62,993 nt of DNA, filler included, from Olpidium bornovanus S191 (GCA_017911155.1; 30 parts of 30 records of this genome joined end to end with filler, not necessarily neighbours in it); one strand, 5' to 3'. Numbered from the whole stretch's first letter, positions 24,818 through 37,632 are shown. The notes: generated by a model not told the origin, from the sequence alone. Translations and numbers: made by a program.

Positions 24818-26233
24818 ATGACCGTGAGCGAGTGCGCCGTGCTGGTTTCCGCGCCGGGAAAGGTCATCTTGTTTGGCGAGCATGCGGTCGTGTACGGCAA
24901 GGTACGCGCGGCGCCCCCGCAGCGGCGGGATTGCCCTGTCGCGCTTTGAACACAGCCGAGCGCCCCCGCTGACCGCCCACCGCCGACCGCCCACCGCCAC
25001 CCGCTCTGAACACGCCGTACGCCGTCCAAGGGCAGATGGCCGTGGCGGCCAGCGTCGGGTTACGGACGTACCTCCTGGCTGAGGTCTCGCCACGCCACTC
25101 GACGACGGCTGACGGAGTGGAGCTCTTGCTGCCCGAACTGCACCTCAACCTCTCTTGGCCGTCTGCTAATCTGAAGCGGCTGGTGGATCTTGCCAGTGCG
25201 AGTAGGGTGTTTTTTCACACATACTTTGCGTGGTTCGGGGAGGGCCGAAGGGGTGGGAGTGGAGCTTTAAACGGAGTCGCCCTTGGCGTTCACACCGTTT
25301 GATTGACGGCGGCCCGGATTGAAGATAGACTCAGTTATGCCGAACCGCCGGTTTCTGTCGATGATGAGGTGTCGCGGGAAGTTTCCGCCCTCGTTGGAAA
25401 GCTTGGCGAGGGGCGCATGAATAGGAGCGCGGTCGAATCGTTTCTCGTCTTGTATGCGTACATAACAGCTTGGGGCCACCAGTCACAGAGGTGAATCTTC
25501 CACCCGACATGCCTACTTACTCCGCAGACGAGAGAGTTCCTTCGGCGCCGTGCCACTCACTGTATTTCGAACCTGCAGTGTCCCGGAAAGCCGCAGGCTC
25601 CGGATCGCCGCCAGATCGGCACTGCCGATAGGTGCCGGACTCGGCTCCTCGGCTTCGTACAGCGTTTGCCTCGCAGCCGGATTGCTGAGCGTTACATCCC
25701 GGCAGGCAAATATGGAGCCACCAGCCGATGTTGTAAACAAGTGGGCCTACCTGGCGGAGACAGTTATACATGGAACGCCCTCCGGAATCGACAACACCGT
25801 GGCGACCTTCGGTAATGTCGTGGTGTTGGCATTCAATGGCTGCCGGCGGCGTGCCCTTCGGCTGCAATAATTGGGGGCTGAAAATGCGTGAGGGATTTGC
25901 AGGCGGCGCTATAGCTTTCGTCAAGGGTTTGCCGTCTCCGTTGAAGGGGTGCGTCTCAATGACATAAACTGGCGCCGCGTTCGCCGGCGATCATTGTTAA
26001 AGAGCTCGCCAACACGTGTTTGTAGATTCAAGTCATACAGGTTTCTGTTAACCGACACGGCGGTACCTCGGAGCACCCGAGAACAAGTGGATCTGGTCAG
26101 GAAAAAGAAAAAACAGGTAGATTTTAGCGCCCTGGCGAGATGGTGCACTCCTGATTTGCTTAAGATGACAATGGTGAATTCGTTGATGGTGGGATTTGGT
26201 ATGCAGTTTTTGAAGGTTTTCGATCCGATCATG
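24818..26233 (+). CDS. ERG12: Mevalonate kinase, 5' part, multi-exon
   Basis: VSAPGKVILFGEHAVVYGK; GHMP motif LPIGAGLGSSASYSVC; WAYLAETVIHGTPSGIDNTVATFG; LLTDTAVPRST. Confidence 0.96.
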
Positions 26234-26469
26234 NNNNNNNNNNNNNNNNNNNNNNNNNNNNNNNNNNNNNNNNNNNNTTAATTAATTAANNNNNNNNNNN
26301 NNNNNNNNNNNNNNNNNNNNNNNNNNNNNNNNNCATGCGTACTGCGTCGATAACTGGTGAGTCCCGCCCTGCTGCGCGGGAAACCGTGCGCATTTCGGCT
26401 TTGAAAACCGCCGTTTCGTTTTTTCTCACGTTTGAGCGCCGGAAATTGCCCCGAAAAAGCCTCTGCAAG

Positions 26470-27216
26470 GTTGGCGACCCGGTCTTCATCGGGCATTGCG
26501 TGCAGAAGGGCGCGGACTGCGGCGCCAAGGTGGTTCCGAAGACGAAGTGGGACGAGCCCGTGGGCGTCGTGTGCCTCCGAAACGGCAAATTTGCAGTGGT
26601 GGAGTACAGCGAGATATCGGAGGCGTTGGCCAAGCAAACGGACCCGCGAACGGGCGCCCTTGCGTTCCGAGCCGGAAACATCGCCAACCACTTCTACACG
26701 ACGGACTTCCTGAAACGCGTCGACAAGTTCGAGGACCAGCTGGAGTACCACGTGGCCAAAAAGAAGATCCCTTACGTGGACCTGGCCACGGGCGAGCAGG
26801 TGAAGCCCAAAAGCAACAGCGGGATAAAGCTCGAGATGTTCATATTCGACGTGTTCCCGTTCACCGAGCGGATGGCGGTCCTGGAAGTCCCGCGGGAGGA
26901 GGAGTTTTCGCCGCTCAAGAACGCCTCCGGGACGCCCGAGAACGACCCCGCGGACAACCCGGAGACCTCCCGCCGCGACATCGTCGCCCAGCAGGCTCGC
27001 TTCGTCAAGCGCGCCGGCGGAAAAGTACAGCTCGGGGAGGCGGACAAATCGGCCGACGCCGGCAAGTCATCCTCCCCTTGGGAAAAGGCCACCTTCGAGA
27101 TCTCGCCCCTCGTTACCTACTCGGGTGAGGGTCTTGAAGAGCACGTCAAGGGCAAAACGATTACAACGCCCGCCGTGATAAATTCGGTCGACGACTTGAA
27201 AAAGTTCGCCGAATGA
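26470..27216 (+). CDS. QRI1: UDP-N-acetylglucosamine pyrophosphorylase, terminal exon
   Basis: VGDPVFIG...AKVVPK...EPVGV...VVEYSEI...AGNIANHF...YHVAKKKIPY...GIKLEMFIFDVFPF...REEEFSPLKNA...EISPLVTYSGEGL (UAP1/QRI1). Confidence 0.96.
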   Translation, partial: VGDPVFIGHCVQKGADCGAKVVPKTKWDEPVGVVCLRNGKFAVVEYSEISEALAKQTDPRTGALAFRAGNIANHFYTTDFLKRVDKFEDQLEYHVAKKKIPYVDLATGEQVKPKSNSGIKLEMFIFDVFPFTERMAVLEVPREEEFSPLKNASGTPENDPADNPETSRRDIVAQQARFVKRAGGKVQLGEADKSADAGKSSSPWEKATFEISPLVTYSGEGLEEHVKGKTITTPAVINSVDDLKKFAE

Positions 27217-28183
27217 AAGCGGCGCGACGGACGCCGTTGTGTGGTGGTGGGAGGGGGGGGGAAAGGGGGGAGAAGGGGGGATGACCCCAAATCCCCGCCC
27301 CCCGCCCCCGCTGTCTAAAGTGTTTATTTGCGTTTACGTTATATATCACATATTACAAAATGTCTTTTGAACCCCACCCATCCCCCCCCGCTCACTCCCC
27401 CTTTTTTTTAAAAAAAAAATATAAATTGGCGACTGCAAATAAATTTTCCGGATCGAGGGGCAAAAATAAGTGCAAAACGTTTTGTGCACATTCGGCGGGC
27501 GGTGTTGCCTGAATGTTTAGATTCGAAGCGGCAGTTTTTTTTTTTTTGCTGCTTTTTGTTGTTTATTATTCTCGCCGACAGGTGCCGAGAACGAGGGCGC
27601 CCCGGATGCCGATTTTGCCGGGAAAGGAGTCGTCGCAAGGCATTCGGGGCCGTTTGGCAACCGGGGGCGTGATGACGCGAAGTTCACCCCCCCCCTCCCC
27701 CCTCCCCCCCCCGCCCTTCCCGGCTGGAAAACAGAAGATGAATTCGGCGTTCGCACGAATTCGAGGGGAGGGGCGCCTGATAAACTTTTGCTTTACACTT
27801 GGCTCCAAATCCGCTGGCAGCGTTCAGCACACAGGCCGAAATGAGGCGGCGTTCCCGGCGGCAAGGGATTTTGACCCTCTCATATATCCCGACACGATTC
27901 CGTCAGGCCGTCGTCGCCGCGAGCTCACCGACGAAAGAGGGGGGGGGGGGGAAACCACAAAAAAAACTGTTCTCGGAGGTTCGCCGGCCGGTTTTCTTTT
28001 CCCTTTTTTTTTCGCATTCTCTCTCCCCGCGACCGCCGCGCGCGGGGAAGGGGGGGGGGGGGGGGCGGCGGGGGGGCGGGGGGNNNNNNNNNNNNNNNNN
28101 NNNNNNNNNNNNNNNNNNNNNNNNNNNTTAATTAATTAANNNNNNNNNNNNNNNNNNNNNNNNNNNNNNNNNNNNNNNNNNNN

Positions 28184-30860
28184 CATGAACCTGGCTACCA
28201 CTCAGTTGGGGCTACCGCCATCTCTTGAGAACCCGAACGGCACAGTGCTGCTGTCACTAACGCAGCTTGCATCGAGTCTGCCTGCGGATGCGAGCCGCAC
28301 GATCGTCGCCGTCACGGCGTCCCTGGAGGGCGCATCGGTCCTGACGTCGGATGGGAAAGTTGTTCACCTCCCGATAGGCGGGGGCCTTGTGGTGTCGACG
28401 TTCACGGTGGTGCCAACGGCGCCGTTAACGACCATCAAGGCCGGCCTTCCGTTCTGTGACTTGGCATCTGCTTTGCCGACAAAGCTGAACTCGTATGTGC
28501 TCGGATGGAGCTCCCTCCCCGGCACAAATACGCTTTACCTCTCAACGGACGGCGGCGTCCATTTCGCCCCGCTTGTCTACTATCGCGGTGCGAGTCCCGT
28601 CACGACTAACGGGCAGCTCGGTTCAGGAGGGTACATACGTGACGCCGTGGTGAACTCGATTTCCGACCGGATCACTCTCCTTGTCCGCGACGCATATGAG
28701 ACTACTGCCAGGGACAGTGTGCTCTCCTGGGACATCCAGTCGTCTGCGTGGGTCGCAGGGTATGTCTTCCCTACCAGTGCGACAGATCACATCACTGCCC
28801 CATTGGACGCAGGGACGAAGGTATAGTCCAACGGTTGCAGTTTATGCACTAGAGGAAAAAGTGGGTTGTTTCGGGCTTTTAACTCAAGATGTTGCGGCGG
28901 CTGCTCGGCCACGTCTCTTAGGGGGCCAAAGGAGGACTGGCCATTGTTGGTATGAGCGGCGCCGAGATGATCGCTTACGGCGACAGCCTGTTCTACAGGC
29001 AAGTTTACCTGTGCGAGGCGGCGTTGGCGTGGACTTTTGACTGGTCTAATTTCACATTTTGCGTTAGCCCAAACGGCGGTTCGAATTTTTTCCTCATTTC
29101 TCTACAGTCGCGAGATCGTTCGCGACCCGCCCCAGGCCTGGCGAGCGACGAGTACATCGCACGGGTGGCGACCAGCCCGATGGGGAGGTTCGCTGCGTTG
29201 ACAAGCCAGAACCGGTGAGGAAATGCCGGCGGCGCAAGCCTTTATCCTCGTCCTCAGCTGCCGCAAGGTTTAATTTCTCGACTGGCACGGTGACGGTGGT
29301 CCCGCCCCGTAGGGTTTTCTACGGGAAAGCTGGCGTCGGCAGCGCCATTGAGATTTTGGCCGGATTACCACCCACGCAAGGAAAGAACGAACCCGTCGTC
29401 GGCGCGCCTGTAGCGCGAAATAATGCGGCCAGATTTCCTGACCTTCGGATATATCGATCCGCCCCCCAAAACAGATGCCACGCTGAGTTTTGATGTGTTG
29501 GAGAGACTCCGGGTACACACACCGGCGTCCGAGCAGGACGGATACGTGATAACCCGCGTCTTGCCGGTTGACAATCAGGTCATCAGCCCGAGGTAGGCCC
29601 CGGGAATGTTTTGTGCGCTTTTCCTCAAATGCTTGGCTTGTTTAAATCGCCGCCGTTTTTTTTGACACCGACAAGGCCGCCAATCAACTCCAATCCGATT
29701 TTGACGTGCCCGTACCTTGAGTGGTCGAGCAACCTGACCAGCGAATACGTGTTGGATGTTGAGGGAAGGCTTGCGTTCGAGGTATCCGTCGTGCCCAAAA
29801 GCGGCTTCAGTAACACTGTGTCGGTACGAACGTAAAAACCGGAAAGGTTCTCTGGAGATGATCTGAACGGACGTGTGGGTTTGCTTGCCTAATTTTTGTT
29901 CGTAATTTGCTGTCTCCAGATAGCGTTCTCGAACAGCAGCGTGATCTCCGTAAGCACCGATTCGACGGAAGAATACGCGTTCCCAAGCGCGGCCGCAACG
30001 AGCGACCCCATCATGCGCCGGAAATCCACGACGGTCATCACGCCGCGCTCTCCCGGGGTGTCCGGGAAAACGAACATGCGCGTCGCTCCGAGCGACGTGA
30101 GCCTGGGGTGTCAGCGAGTCGAAGATGTGAGCTGAGCGCTGGGCGCCACATTACGAGACGGCGTTCACTTCTGTTCATACGCTAAATCCTCGAAAATCCA
30201 TACTCGGACTTCCCCAGTATTCCACCGTCCGCATCGCATGCCCGCCCGCGAGACGGCTGGTGTACAGGTCGTCGCACTTTCTGCCTGCGTCGGAAAATTC
30301 CTGGAACTGTAGCGCGCTCTCCGCCGACGACGTCCCGGAGACAATCACCTTGAAACACAAGGAGTACATATCTGACTATTCCACCATGGCATTTGGACCG
30401 ACAAAGGTGTGCTCGGTTCGCCGGCTTATCACACGCGCTTTCTGCTCTCTTCGCGCCGAGTTACCAAAAACAAAAAAAAAACCCCCCAGTCCGATCTCAG
30501 GTCGGCAGCGGTGCTGCAGATGCGAACTCATTAACCCCAACCGCCCCGATTCAGGATATACCGTACGATTGCTCGCGCTTCGGACCGCCGAACAGAGTTT
30601 ACTACGGGGACCTCTGGAGACCTACCTTCGACATTTACGACGGAGACACGTTCGTCAAGCAAGTGACCGGGGACATCGTGCTTTTTGAACAAAACGGCAA
30701 GTTGACGTTCTCGTACAACGCCACCGTCGCCAACGTAAGCGAAACTATCAGGCCCAAACGGGGTTTTGTCGTACGAAACGGGACCTCAAAAAGACGTCTC
30801 TTTTTGGTCACGGAAACACAGGCCGGCTGCATCCGCCCTCCGCAGACGTGGAAATCCATG
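28184..30860 (+). CDS. CatSper auxiliary subunit delta/epsilon-like protein, internal part, 10 exons (28184-28820, 28922-28998, 29068-29214, 29313-?, 29475-29592, 29676-29823, 29920-30126, 30218-30406, 30555-30734, 30822-30860)
   Basis: Spliced motifs in CATSPERD/E order: LFYSPNGG, NRVFYGKAG, CPYLEWSSNLTSEYVLDV, GKTNMRVAPSDVSLGC, TVRIACPPARRL, YDCSRFGPPNRVYYGDLWRPTFDIYDGDTFVKQVTGDIVLFEQNG, FSYNATVANAGCIRPPQTWKSM. The exon 4 donor is unresolved. Similarity was judged from memory of the animal sequences. Confidence 0.8.
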
Positions 30861-31188
30861 NNNNNNNNNNNNNNNNNNNNNNNNNNNNNNNNNNNNNNNN
30901 NNNNTTAATTAATTAANNNNNNNNNNNNNNNNNNNNNNNNNNNNNNNNNNNNNNNNNNNNCATCTTTGCGCCGCGGAAGTGGTGCGCGGGTCCGTTGAAG
31001 GAAGGGGGGCTCGTTGTCGTTTGTTTCTTCTTCTTTTGGCAAACAAATCCGCAGCCACAGGAAGCGCCTCTGGCACATGCGCACTGCGAAAAAAAAAAAA
31101 AAAAAAAAAAAACCCCCACCGTAACCCGTTTTATGCGCTGTCGCCGTCCGCCAGAACCAACCCACTACTGGCTCCAGCGGAAAAGAAA

Positions 31189-32689
31189 ATGTCGAATGTC
31201 GACGGAGCGGAACGGGATGCGGCCCTGGTGTCATGCTTTTCCGCGGAGGACTTTGCCAAAAGCCTGAGGTCGTCTGCGCTCTGCTCCGGCCGCAAGCTGG
31301 AGCTCGCGAGAGCCGCCTGGGGCGCACCGGACTTTCTTTTTCCGGGGAGGAGGGCCTTTCTGCTCGAGTGGGCGTTCGCGGCGATGCTGAAGAGTGTGCA
31401 CTTCAAGGAGCAAAGGTGGGGTACCTTTGCGACGGCGCCTGGTGACGCGAGCTATTCCACATGACGGAATCTTTCGCGCTGCTGACGGCCGCCTCTATCC
31501 TGCGTTCCTGCCCCAGGTTTGGAGCCCCGCCGTACCTAAATGCGAATTACTGGAGTTTCCTGAGGAGCTTGCTGGAGGAGGCGACGGGCTGTGGTGCCGT
31601 GGATTCCCCGTCGCTGGTCGAGCCGTTTTCCGTTGCGGCATTTACATCCCTGAAGACGCCGGTCGTACCCTTGTTCACCGGCTTTGCGTCGCGTCTCGCG
31701 CGAGAGCTCGAAACCTCTGCGCCCAACGACGGGGCTCCAACATGTTTGCTCGACGGCGGGCATGTTCTAGCCACCCTGCTCGAGCTGTCGTCGGACTGTC
31801 TCCGCATGTTAGCAAATTCAGATGCCGGCTCGGCAGTGCTGAGCTCTTCACTGGATTACCAGGCTGCTCTGATACCACCGCTAGTGGACGTGCTGTTCAG
31901 GTTGTGGGACACAAAAACCGGCATGGATCGCGCCTGGAGAACACGCGCCCAACGCGCCGCGCTCTGTACGCTGTCCCTTGCTTTGATGCTTTTTGAATCT
32001 CAGCTTGCTGGTCAGGGAAATCAAAAAAAGGTGCGCGGAGGATATTTGTTTATGGCACGGCCAACAGCCGTCAGCCTAGTAAGTCTAACCGTAAGCGTAT
32101 GCTTAGGTCTTTACGCTTGTGACCGGCAAACTTCTAGCGCCGCTGCTACGCCTTAGATGCTCCGCGTGTGGCAAGCAAGAGGAATGCTTTGAATGTCTTT
32201 GCTCGGTCAATGCAATTCTGCGCACCTCATTGTTCCACATTTCCACCATTGCGGATTATTTCTCCGTGCTGCCGATCTGCCCTGCCAAGCGGGACGGCGT
32301 AAAGCAGCCGTCGGCGAAGGGCCCGAAATCTCTTGAGAACGACGGCGGCGGAAACCTTATCCAGAGCTACCAACGGGCGCTTTTCCATGAGCTGGCAAAG
32401 CTGGCACAGAACCGTGATGAAGATAACAGCTTTGGTGCGTGCGTGCCCTCGGTGGATCTGTCGCGGATCATTTAGATCGCCGCAGCGAACCGTTGCTAAT
32501 CGTTCAGGCGGCTCCGGGATCGCCGCCGGCAAACATTATTGCGCAGTGTTGGACGCACTCCCGTTCCTTCTCTCCGAATTCGTGCAGGCGGTGCGTCGTC
32601 GTGGTAGGACGGGCACGACAGCGTCCGTTCACAACGACGGTACGACGGGCGACAACAATTTTGCGAAACTGGAACACGCATTCTTCATG
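31189..32689 (+). CDS. URB2: Urb2/Npa2 ribosome-biogenesis protein, 5' part, multi-exon
   Basis: FAKSLRSS...KLELARAAWGAPDFLFPGRRAFLLEWAF and YLNANYWSFLRSLL match the Urb2 N-terminal pattern, followed by helical-repeat exons. Confidence 0.7.
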
Positions 32690-33460
32690 NNNNNNNNNNN
32701 NNNNNNNNNNNNNNNNNNNNNNNNNNNNNNNNNTTAATTAATTAANNNNNNNNNNNNNNNNNNNNNNNNNNNNNNNNNNNNNNNNNNNNCCCTCGTTCGC
32801 GCGCTTCCTTGATTCCCAGGGTTTCGAGCTCGCCATTCGCTTCCTCAACTAGGACAAGGTCGCGTATGATTGACGCAAGAGCCGGTTTCCAAAAGGGCAA
32901 AAAAAAAGTTCTCCACCGTATAATTTATGCTGCATCCCGTTCGGAGGACGCTTCGATTTTTGCTCGTTCACTCTCAAACCCAAGTTGGTGTTATTAGTGG
33001 CAAAGCGCGGCCCGAGAACTGAAGTCGGGTGCAGGGGCCACCCATGATCTTTCCTGCTGCTCAAGTTCAACTTCAGTGAAGCTGCTAAGCGTGGCGGGCC
33101 AAACCGTACGACAAGCCTGGTGCATATCGTTCTTTTGCAGCCGGCACGCGCACGAACAGGTTTTGCACGGTGGGGAGAGTATACCGGCGTCCAGCTGGCG
33201 GTCAAAAACCGCCGGCGCCGTATATGCCAATAAAGAAAGGATAAATGCATTTATGCATCGTAAATACGGTCTCCAGGGAGTGCCTGGATGCGCGGCGAGG
33301 TAAGGAGAGTTTAGCCCCGGTTTGCACACTGCAGACCGCCGATTTTTTTCGTGGGTTTGAGCGGCTGTATGCCCCCGAAGCGCTTCGCGCCGCCCAGAAG
33401 CGCCGCTTTTTTGGCTTTTTTGAAAGGCAAGGGACAGGCAAAAGGGGCCGTGGGTCAGAT

Positions 33461-35118
33461 TTATCGCAGAAATGGGTGGCCAGGGGAACACGAAACAGAA
33501 GGAAGTCCGGCGACACGAAACAAGCGCCCCCTGCCCCTCCACCCCCCCTTCCTCGCACCCTTTGCAGTGGACGAAAAGTACCGTGACGTCGTCTCCGGCT
33601 TCGCCCGGGTCTTTGAGGATGACAGCGCCGACGAACTGCCTACGGAGGACGGGTCCGATCCCGGCTTCCTGTTCCTTCTCGGGGGTGGCGGTTTCGACTC
33701 CAATCCCTTCTTCGGCGCCACCGTCTGCGGCATTTCCGCAGCGAAGCGCTGGCAGATGGCCAAGAACTCTGCTCCGAATCTGTTGTATTTGTGATCATCG
33801 ACGCCCGAGACCGTAAGCATCTCGCCGATCGCTGAATTAGAGAAACATGGGCGCCGCAAAAAAGGAGCACAACTTCAGAAAGCCGGCATACTACGACCCG
33901 CGCGCTGTCAACCGAGAAATCCTTCAAACTTTACTTTTTGGCAAGCTCGAGGCCTGGTAACAGACGGCGAGAAAACGAGTGAGCAAAGGAATGCTGCAGA
34001 GACGGAAAAATCTTAAACTGTAAAATCTAACCTACCATGTTTGATAACGTTTGGTCGTTGAATATCAACGCCGGCGGACAGTTACCTTTTCTCGCTGTCT
34101 AGATCACACCATAGTCCACAGCGTGGACGCGCGTCAGCTGGACGGGATGCCGGTCTTAAGGCCAACGCTCGAAATAATACGAAGTTCGGAATTCGACGAC
34201 AAAAAGCGAATGCGAAAAACGTACCTCGTTGCGCAGTTGTCTCAGCTCGTTGAAACACCGCAATCTCAGGGCGTGAACTTCTGGCGGGCCGTCCTCCTTT
34301 CGATCGTCTGGTGCCTGGTCGCGGTCGCGAGCACAGGCAAAAGACGAAGTAGACGTATACGTTTGAAAAAACTCCGCTCGCGCCGTGATCGTGTCGGCGG
34401 GCGGGCGGACAACATCGCGGCAGGGATTCGCCCCTTCCTCGCAGTTGGCGTTGTCATCGTCGTCGGCCGTTTCTGGCCGGTAGCTTTCGTCGTTATCTGC
34501 GCCACCACCCTCGCCGTCCACATCGCAAAAGAAATCTTCGCCCGGGACCTGTTGGCGGGAGAGGGAAACTCTGTGCTTGCGCCGTGCGGACGCCGCGGAA
34601 CCTGCTCCCGCGGAAGCGGCGCCGGACCTGGAAGAGTTGGAATTGCCGGCTTTTGTCGACGCCGGCGAGTGCTTCTGGTTACTAGCCTGGTGTGGTCGAG
34701 GATTTGCAATTCGTGTCGTCAGCCAAACAATGAACTTAAATGGCACCGGTGCCCAAAAGCCAAAAAGTGGTTCACCTTTGGAAACTTTAGTTCGAGATTG
34801 AGCTGGCCGTTTGTTGCCTGGTGCGCTGCCGAGCCGAGCTGGCCAAACGAGCACAATCAGATAACCGACGACGGGGAAAGTTCAGGCGGCGGTCTTTCGA
34901 TAAATTACCTACCTCGACATAGGCATTGACAAATCCCTGACCGTTGGCCTCACACCGCTCCCGGAAGACTTCCTTCGAAACTAGCCACCTTGCTATTCGC
35001 TCCGCTTCCGCCCTGGTGTAGTTCGAACCCGTGTTGTAGCCAGGGAATGTGTTCAGCCGCTTGGACTTGACCGACTGGTTCGACGATCCCCGCCACGCAT
35101 CCACAACGAGAGGAAGAG
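33461..35118 (-). CDS. SGS1: RecQ helicase (Sgs1/BLM-like), C-terminal RQC and HRDC domains, 5'-truncated
   Basis: RQC: YNTGSNYTRAEAERIARWLVSKEVFRERCEANGQGFVNAYVE. HRDC split over exons: CFNELRQLRNE / PPALIFNDQTLSNM / ASSLPK / TIGEMLTVSGVDDHKYNRFGAEFLAIC. Confidence 0.88.
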
Positions 35119-35566
35119 NNNNNNNNNNNNNNNNNNNNNNNNNNNNNNNNNNNNNNNNNNNNTTAATTAATTAANNNNNNNNNNNNNNNNNNNNNNNNNN
35201 NNNNNNNNNNNNNNNNNNAAAAAAAAAAGGAAGAGAAAAAAACCACGCCCCGTCGTTCTCCTCCGGAAACCCTTTCTTTTTTATTTTTGTTTCCTCCGAC
35301 GGCCTCGCACGTCGCCCACCCCCCGCTCCCCCCCCTTGAACGCGCCGGCGCAAGCTCCGAGAGGGACGGACGGGCGCGGAGCCATCCCGAAAGGTTCCCC
35401 ACCCACCACCCGTCGTGCAAACCGCTTGCGAAGGAGGGAGGGCGCTCCCGCCGTTTCGCGAGCCTCGCCTCCCCCGCCGGAGATCCTTTTCTTTTTTGTC
35501 CGCGCCTCCGGCCACGTCCTCGGCCTCCGCCGCCCCCGCGACGCCCCCCCAGCCCCGCAAAGCGCC

Positions 35567-37632
35567 ATGCGGTACCCGACCCCGTCCAACGCCCTCAAGA
35601 GGGCCGAGGAACTCCTCGCGGTCGGGCAGGGCCAGGCCGCCCTCGCCGTGCTGCAGGACGTGGTCACCTCCAGGAGGTCCCGCAGCGCGCCGCTCACCCT
35701 CATGGAGCCCATCGTCCTCAAGTTCATCGAGCTCGCCGTCGAGCAAAGGAAAGGCAAAATCGCCAAGGAGGGCCTGTACCAGTACCGGAACACGGCTCAG
35801 AACACGAGCGTCGCGACCATCGAGGTACCCGCCCGCCCGCCGCCACCCCCCTTTCCCCTTCCCCTTCCCCCACCACGCACGCAGCACGCACGCCCGCCCG
35901 CGCGCGTTTCGGGCGGTAACTATCAGTGGCGCTCTTCCCAGCTTGCGGGGCAAAATGCCCGCGCAATGCGCGCGCGGCGAAAAAAAAACGAAAAAGGCGT
36001 TTCCGCGAGGGGCAAAAACGGTCACCTTGCAAACTCAAAGCCAGCTTAGCCTTGTGTGCCGACCCCCTCCCTCCCTCCGCCGACGGGATTAATAGTATTG
36101 CGGTAGCTGGCGGCCTTTTCTCACGCCCTGCCGTTCCCGCACTTGTTGCCGCTCCAGACTGTGGTCAAACACTTTATCGAACTTGCCGAAGCCAAAGTGC
36201 AGCGGGCCCAGTTGAAGGCCGAACAAGTCACGCTCGATCTGGACGACTTGGAGGCCTTGGAGACACCCGAGAAGCTGATGATCAGCACCGTCACCTCCGA
36301 CGCGAACAAGGACCGCACGGACCGCGCTTTGGTCACCCCGTGGCTCAAGTTCCTGTGGGAAACGTACCGCACGTGTCTTGACATCCTTCGCAACAACGCG
36401 CGGCTCGAGGGCCTGTACCAGACGACCGCCCACCAGGCGTTCCAGTTCTGTTTGCGCTACGGCCGGAAGGCGGAGTACCGCCGCCTATGCGATCTCCTGC
36501 GGAACCATCTCCTCAGCATCTCCAGGTACTCCCACCAGGCGTATGCCGTCAACCTCGGCGATCCCGAGTCCCTCCAGCGCCATCTCGACACCCGGTTTCT
36601 TCAGCTGAACGCCGCCTCCGAGCTTGAGCTGTGGCAGGAGGCGTTCCGCTCTGTCGAGGACATCCACAACCTCCTCGGCCTCTCGAAGAAGCCGGTGAAA
36701 CCGCTTATGCAGGCCAACTACTACGAAACGTTGGCGAAGATTTTCCTCACTGCGGAAAATCTCCTGTTCCACTCGGCCGCCTGGAACAAGTACTACATGC
36801 TCGTGAAGCGCCATTCGGCCAAGCTCGGCAGCCCCGAGGAACAACAGAGGCTCGCTTCGCTGTTTCTCCTCTCTGCCCTTGCTATTCCGATCATAAGCCC
36901 GTCCAAGTCCCGAGGTTACATGCAAATGGACGAGTCGAAGTACAAGACTCGCCGCCTCACTGATCTGCTGAGCTTGAGCCGTATTCCGACGCGCGCCGGC
37001 CTTTTGAAAGAAGCGGTATGGCCGGAGAGAGTCGGCAGCAGGATTTGGCAACGCCGACGGGAGCAACTTGTGTCTTATACCGCGATTTTGCTTGCCCTTG
37101 CCGACGTGGTTCCTTTTTTTTTTCATCCCTGGAAGCTGAACAACAACGTGCTTCGCAAAGTGACGCCTGAACTTCGGGAACTATACAACATTCTGGAGGT
37201 TGAGTTCCATCCTCTTTCGATATGCAACAGGATTGCCCCTATTGTGGAGACACTATCCAAACACGAAGAGTATTCGATATATTGCAAACCGCTTCATGAC
37301 GTCATCTTGACTCGGCTGCTGCAGCAGGTAGGCACCTATGTTTACGTCTTTGGTGGTGTGTCTGTTGTCTGTTGCGTCTTTTTCGCTTATCCTCGTCTCC
37401 CATCTCGCAGCTTTCTCAAGTCTACACCACGATAAATCTCTCGATGCTGCTGAAGCTTACGCAGTTTCCGCAGCCGTTCGCGTTCGACGCCGCGGATCTT
37501 GAGAAATTCATCATGAACGGCTGCAAGCGTGGAGAGCTCTCAATCCGCATCGACCACGCGACAAACAGCATTACTTTCGACTCTAACCTCCTGGCTGCGC
37601 CGAAAAGCAGCGCGGACGGCCCGCGCTTGCAA
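35567..37632 (+). CDS. TIF32: Translation initiation factor eIF3 subunit a, 5' part (exons 35567-35824, 36158-37015, ~37136-37327, 37411-37632)
   Basis: PSNALKRAEELL...KGKIAKEGLYQYRN...TDRALVTPWLKFLWETYR..LDILRNNARLE...ELELWQEAFRSVEDIH...PCI region. Confidence 0.97.

Noticed and set aside
26334-32689. Apparent gene cluster (UDP-GlcNAc pyrophosphorylase, CatSper-like, Urb2) and any other cross-gap neighbourhood
   Set aside because: The genes are on separate contigs joined by artificial spacers, so order is uninformative.
32994-33542. Minus-strand ORF with CKTCSCAC as a metal-binding protein
   Set aside because: No recognisable family or clear splice structure, and it overlaps the RecQ 3' region.
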